Positions 62,615-64,000 of a stretch of 64,000 bases of DNA are shown here, one piece after another. The stretch's first letter is position 1. Every line of letters starts with the position of its first letter. The DNA lies in assembly GCA_964016885.1 (NCBI GenBank), contig OZ024742.1:20336001-20400000 (forward strand). The letters run 5' to 3'. A program made the translations under genes and the position numbers. The notes beneath the pieces were generated by a model. That model did not search any database. It was not told the DNA's origin and was given only the letters and a program-made list of their open reading frames with translations. The stretch is from Eledone cirrhosa. Its lineage: Eukaryota.

Positions 62615-62852
62615 ATATTGGTAAACGGAATAGAAAATGCTGACAAATTGTTCACAGTTGAAAACAGCACGGACACTCTATCTCAAAATTATTCTTGAAA
62701 AGCATTTAGAAATGCGCAACCGGTACAAACTTAAAAACTTAAAACCACAACTGAATACTAACCCATACAATCACTAATACTCTTTTCTTCCTAATTAAAC
62801 CATTTTTCAACTGTGAACAATTTGTCAGCATTTTCTATTCCGTTTACCAATA
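62615..62852. mobile_element. ~240-bp element with ~50-bp perfect terminal inverted repeats
   Basis: TATTGGTAAACGGAATAGAAAATGCTGACAAATTGTTCACAGTTGAAAA and its exact reverse complement at the right end. Confidence 0.85.
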
Positions 62853-62888
62853 TGTATATATATATATATATACGTATATATATATATG

Positions 62889-62941
<53 letters not shown>

Positions 62942-63250
62942 GTATGTATATATATATATGTATATATATATGTATATATATGTATGTATATATATGTATA
63001 TATATGTATGTATATATATGTATATATATATATATATATATAGTATTAAGGGTACTATTTATGGTTATGTATGCAATAAAACCTTTGATGGTAATATATT
63101 ATATATACACAAACCCTAAATAGTGAGAGATAGTCATTAATTACTATCCTATTACCAGTAAGATAAATAGCTCAATGTAATAACATCAGTTGTTTTACAG
63201 AGCAGTTATATAGAGATTACAGTAATCAAAGTTCAGTTTAAGTCATTTAT

Positions 63251-63299
63251 TTGCTTACAATTGTTTCCTCCAAACCGAGGTTTGGATTCTTCGGAGCAA
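63251..63299 (-). ncRNA. Type I hammerhead motif with U4C core variant
   Basis: TTGCT-CCGAAGA-A-TCCAAAC-CTCG-GTTTGGA-G-GAAACAATTGTA/AGCAA. Confidence 0.7.
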
Positions 63300-64000
63300 C
63301 TATTTATAACATACTTGACCTCCTTTTCAACCCAAGAGACACATAAAACATATGCGCATATTGATCAACAGTGGGGTGACATTCATCAAATGATATAGCA
63401 TGGCAGTTTACATATAAAGGTTACAGGATAAAAATAAAATAAAATAAAAACAAGAGTGAAAATAAGAGTGAAAATAAAGATAAACATGAAGCGTTGGCAG
63501 TCTATGAAGATAAAGCAAGACGAAAGCTTAGAGTAGTCAGTGTATGAAACAATCTCCCCTGTAGCATGCACGCGTGTCTTATCTATACATGATTAGAGTG
63601 CGTCAGAATGATATTTGCAGGGTCAGGCAGCTGAAGCAGGCAATCGATCTTATTATATAGGCTGAATTATTAAGTCATTTATTGTCATACATCATTATGA
63701 TATACAGTCTCGGATGCGGGGAAACGCCAAAATATCAAAAACCTTCAACATACTATAAACCTTATTGTATCGTAGGCAAGGTCGTACCACTGTCCTTGCT
63801 CACACCACCACTCACATAATCCATGAGACGCAATATATATATAGAGAACACGCGTCTATCGTATAATTCGCAGTGGTTCAGCATATAGTCAAGCTATAAA
63901 CCGTATCCAGTCGGTTCTTAATTAATATATCATGCTGTCCAGATTGCGGAATTGCCTGAATGACTAAGGGGAATTAATGCGTAAGGGGAGGTAACTAGCT

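Overview
AT-rich animal genomic DNA with no supportable host gene; the SINE repertoire resembles octopus or other cephalopod sequence (my recognition, not a database result). Positions 1-14 kb are ordinary repeat-rich intergenic DNA: tRNA-derived SINEs, a non-autonomous Helitron, RTE 3' tails and microsatellites. Positions ~14.1-63.0 kb form a ~49-kb degenerate (TA)n field acting as a retroelement nest, and all the YI/IY-rich ORFs there are artefacts. The nest holds six near-identical copies of one CR1-group LINE, one with intact ORF1 and ORF2. That family has an unusual ORF1 (Myb/SANT-like + polyQ + 2xCCCH), an AUG-less ORF2 in the -1 frame behind two in-phase slippery heptamers, and one copy with a twin-priming-type inversion. 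The nest also holds six copies of a ~610-bp non-coding RTE-5'UTR-like retroposon, an RTE fragment, a second CR1 family tail, and Naiad-like and Neptune-like Penelope fragments. Eight type-I hammerhead ribozyme motifs were read by eye across the window, including a near-perfect ~210-bp palindrome made of two divergent hammerheads.
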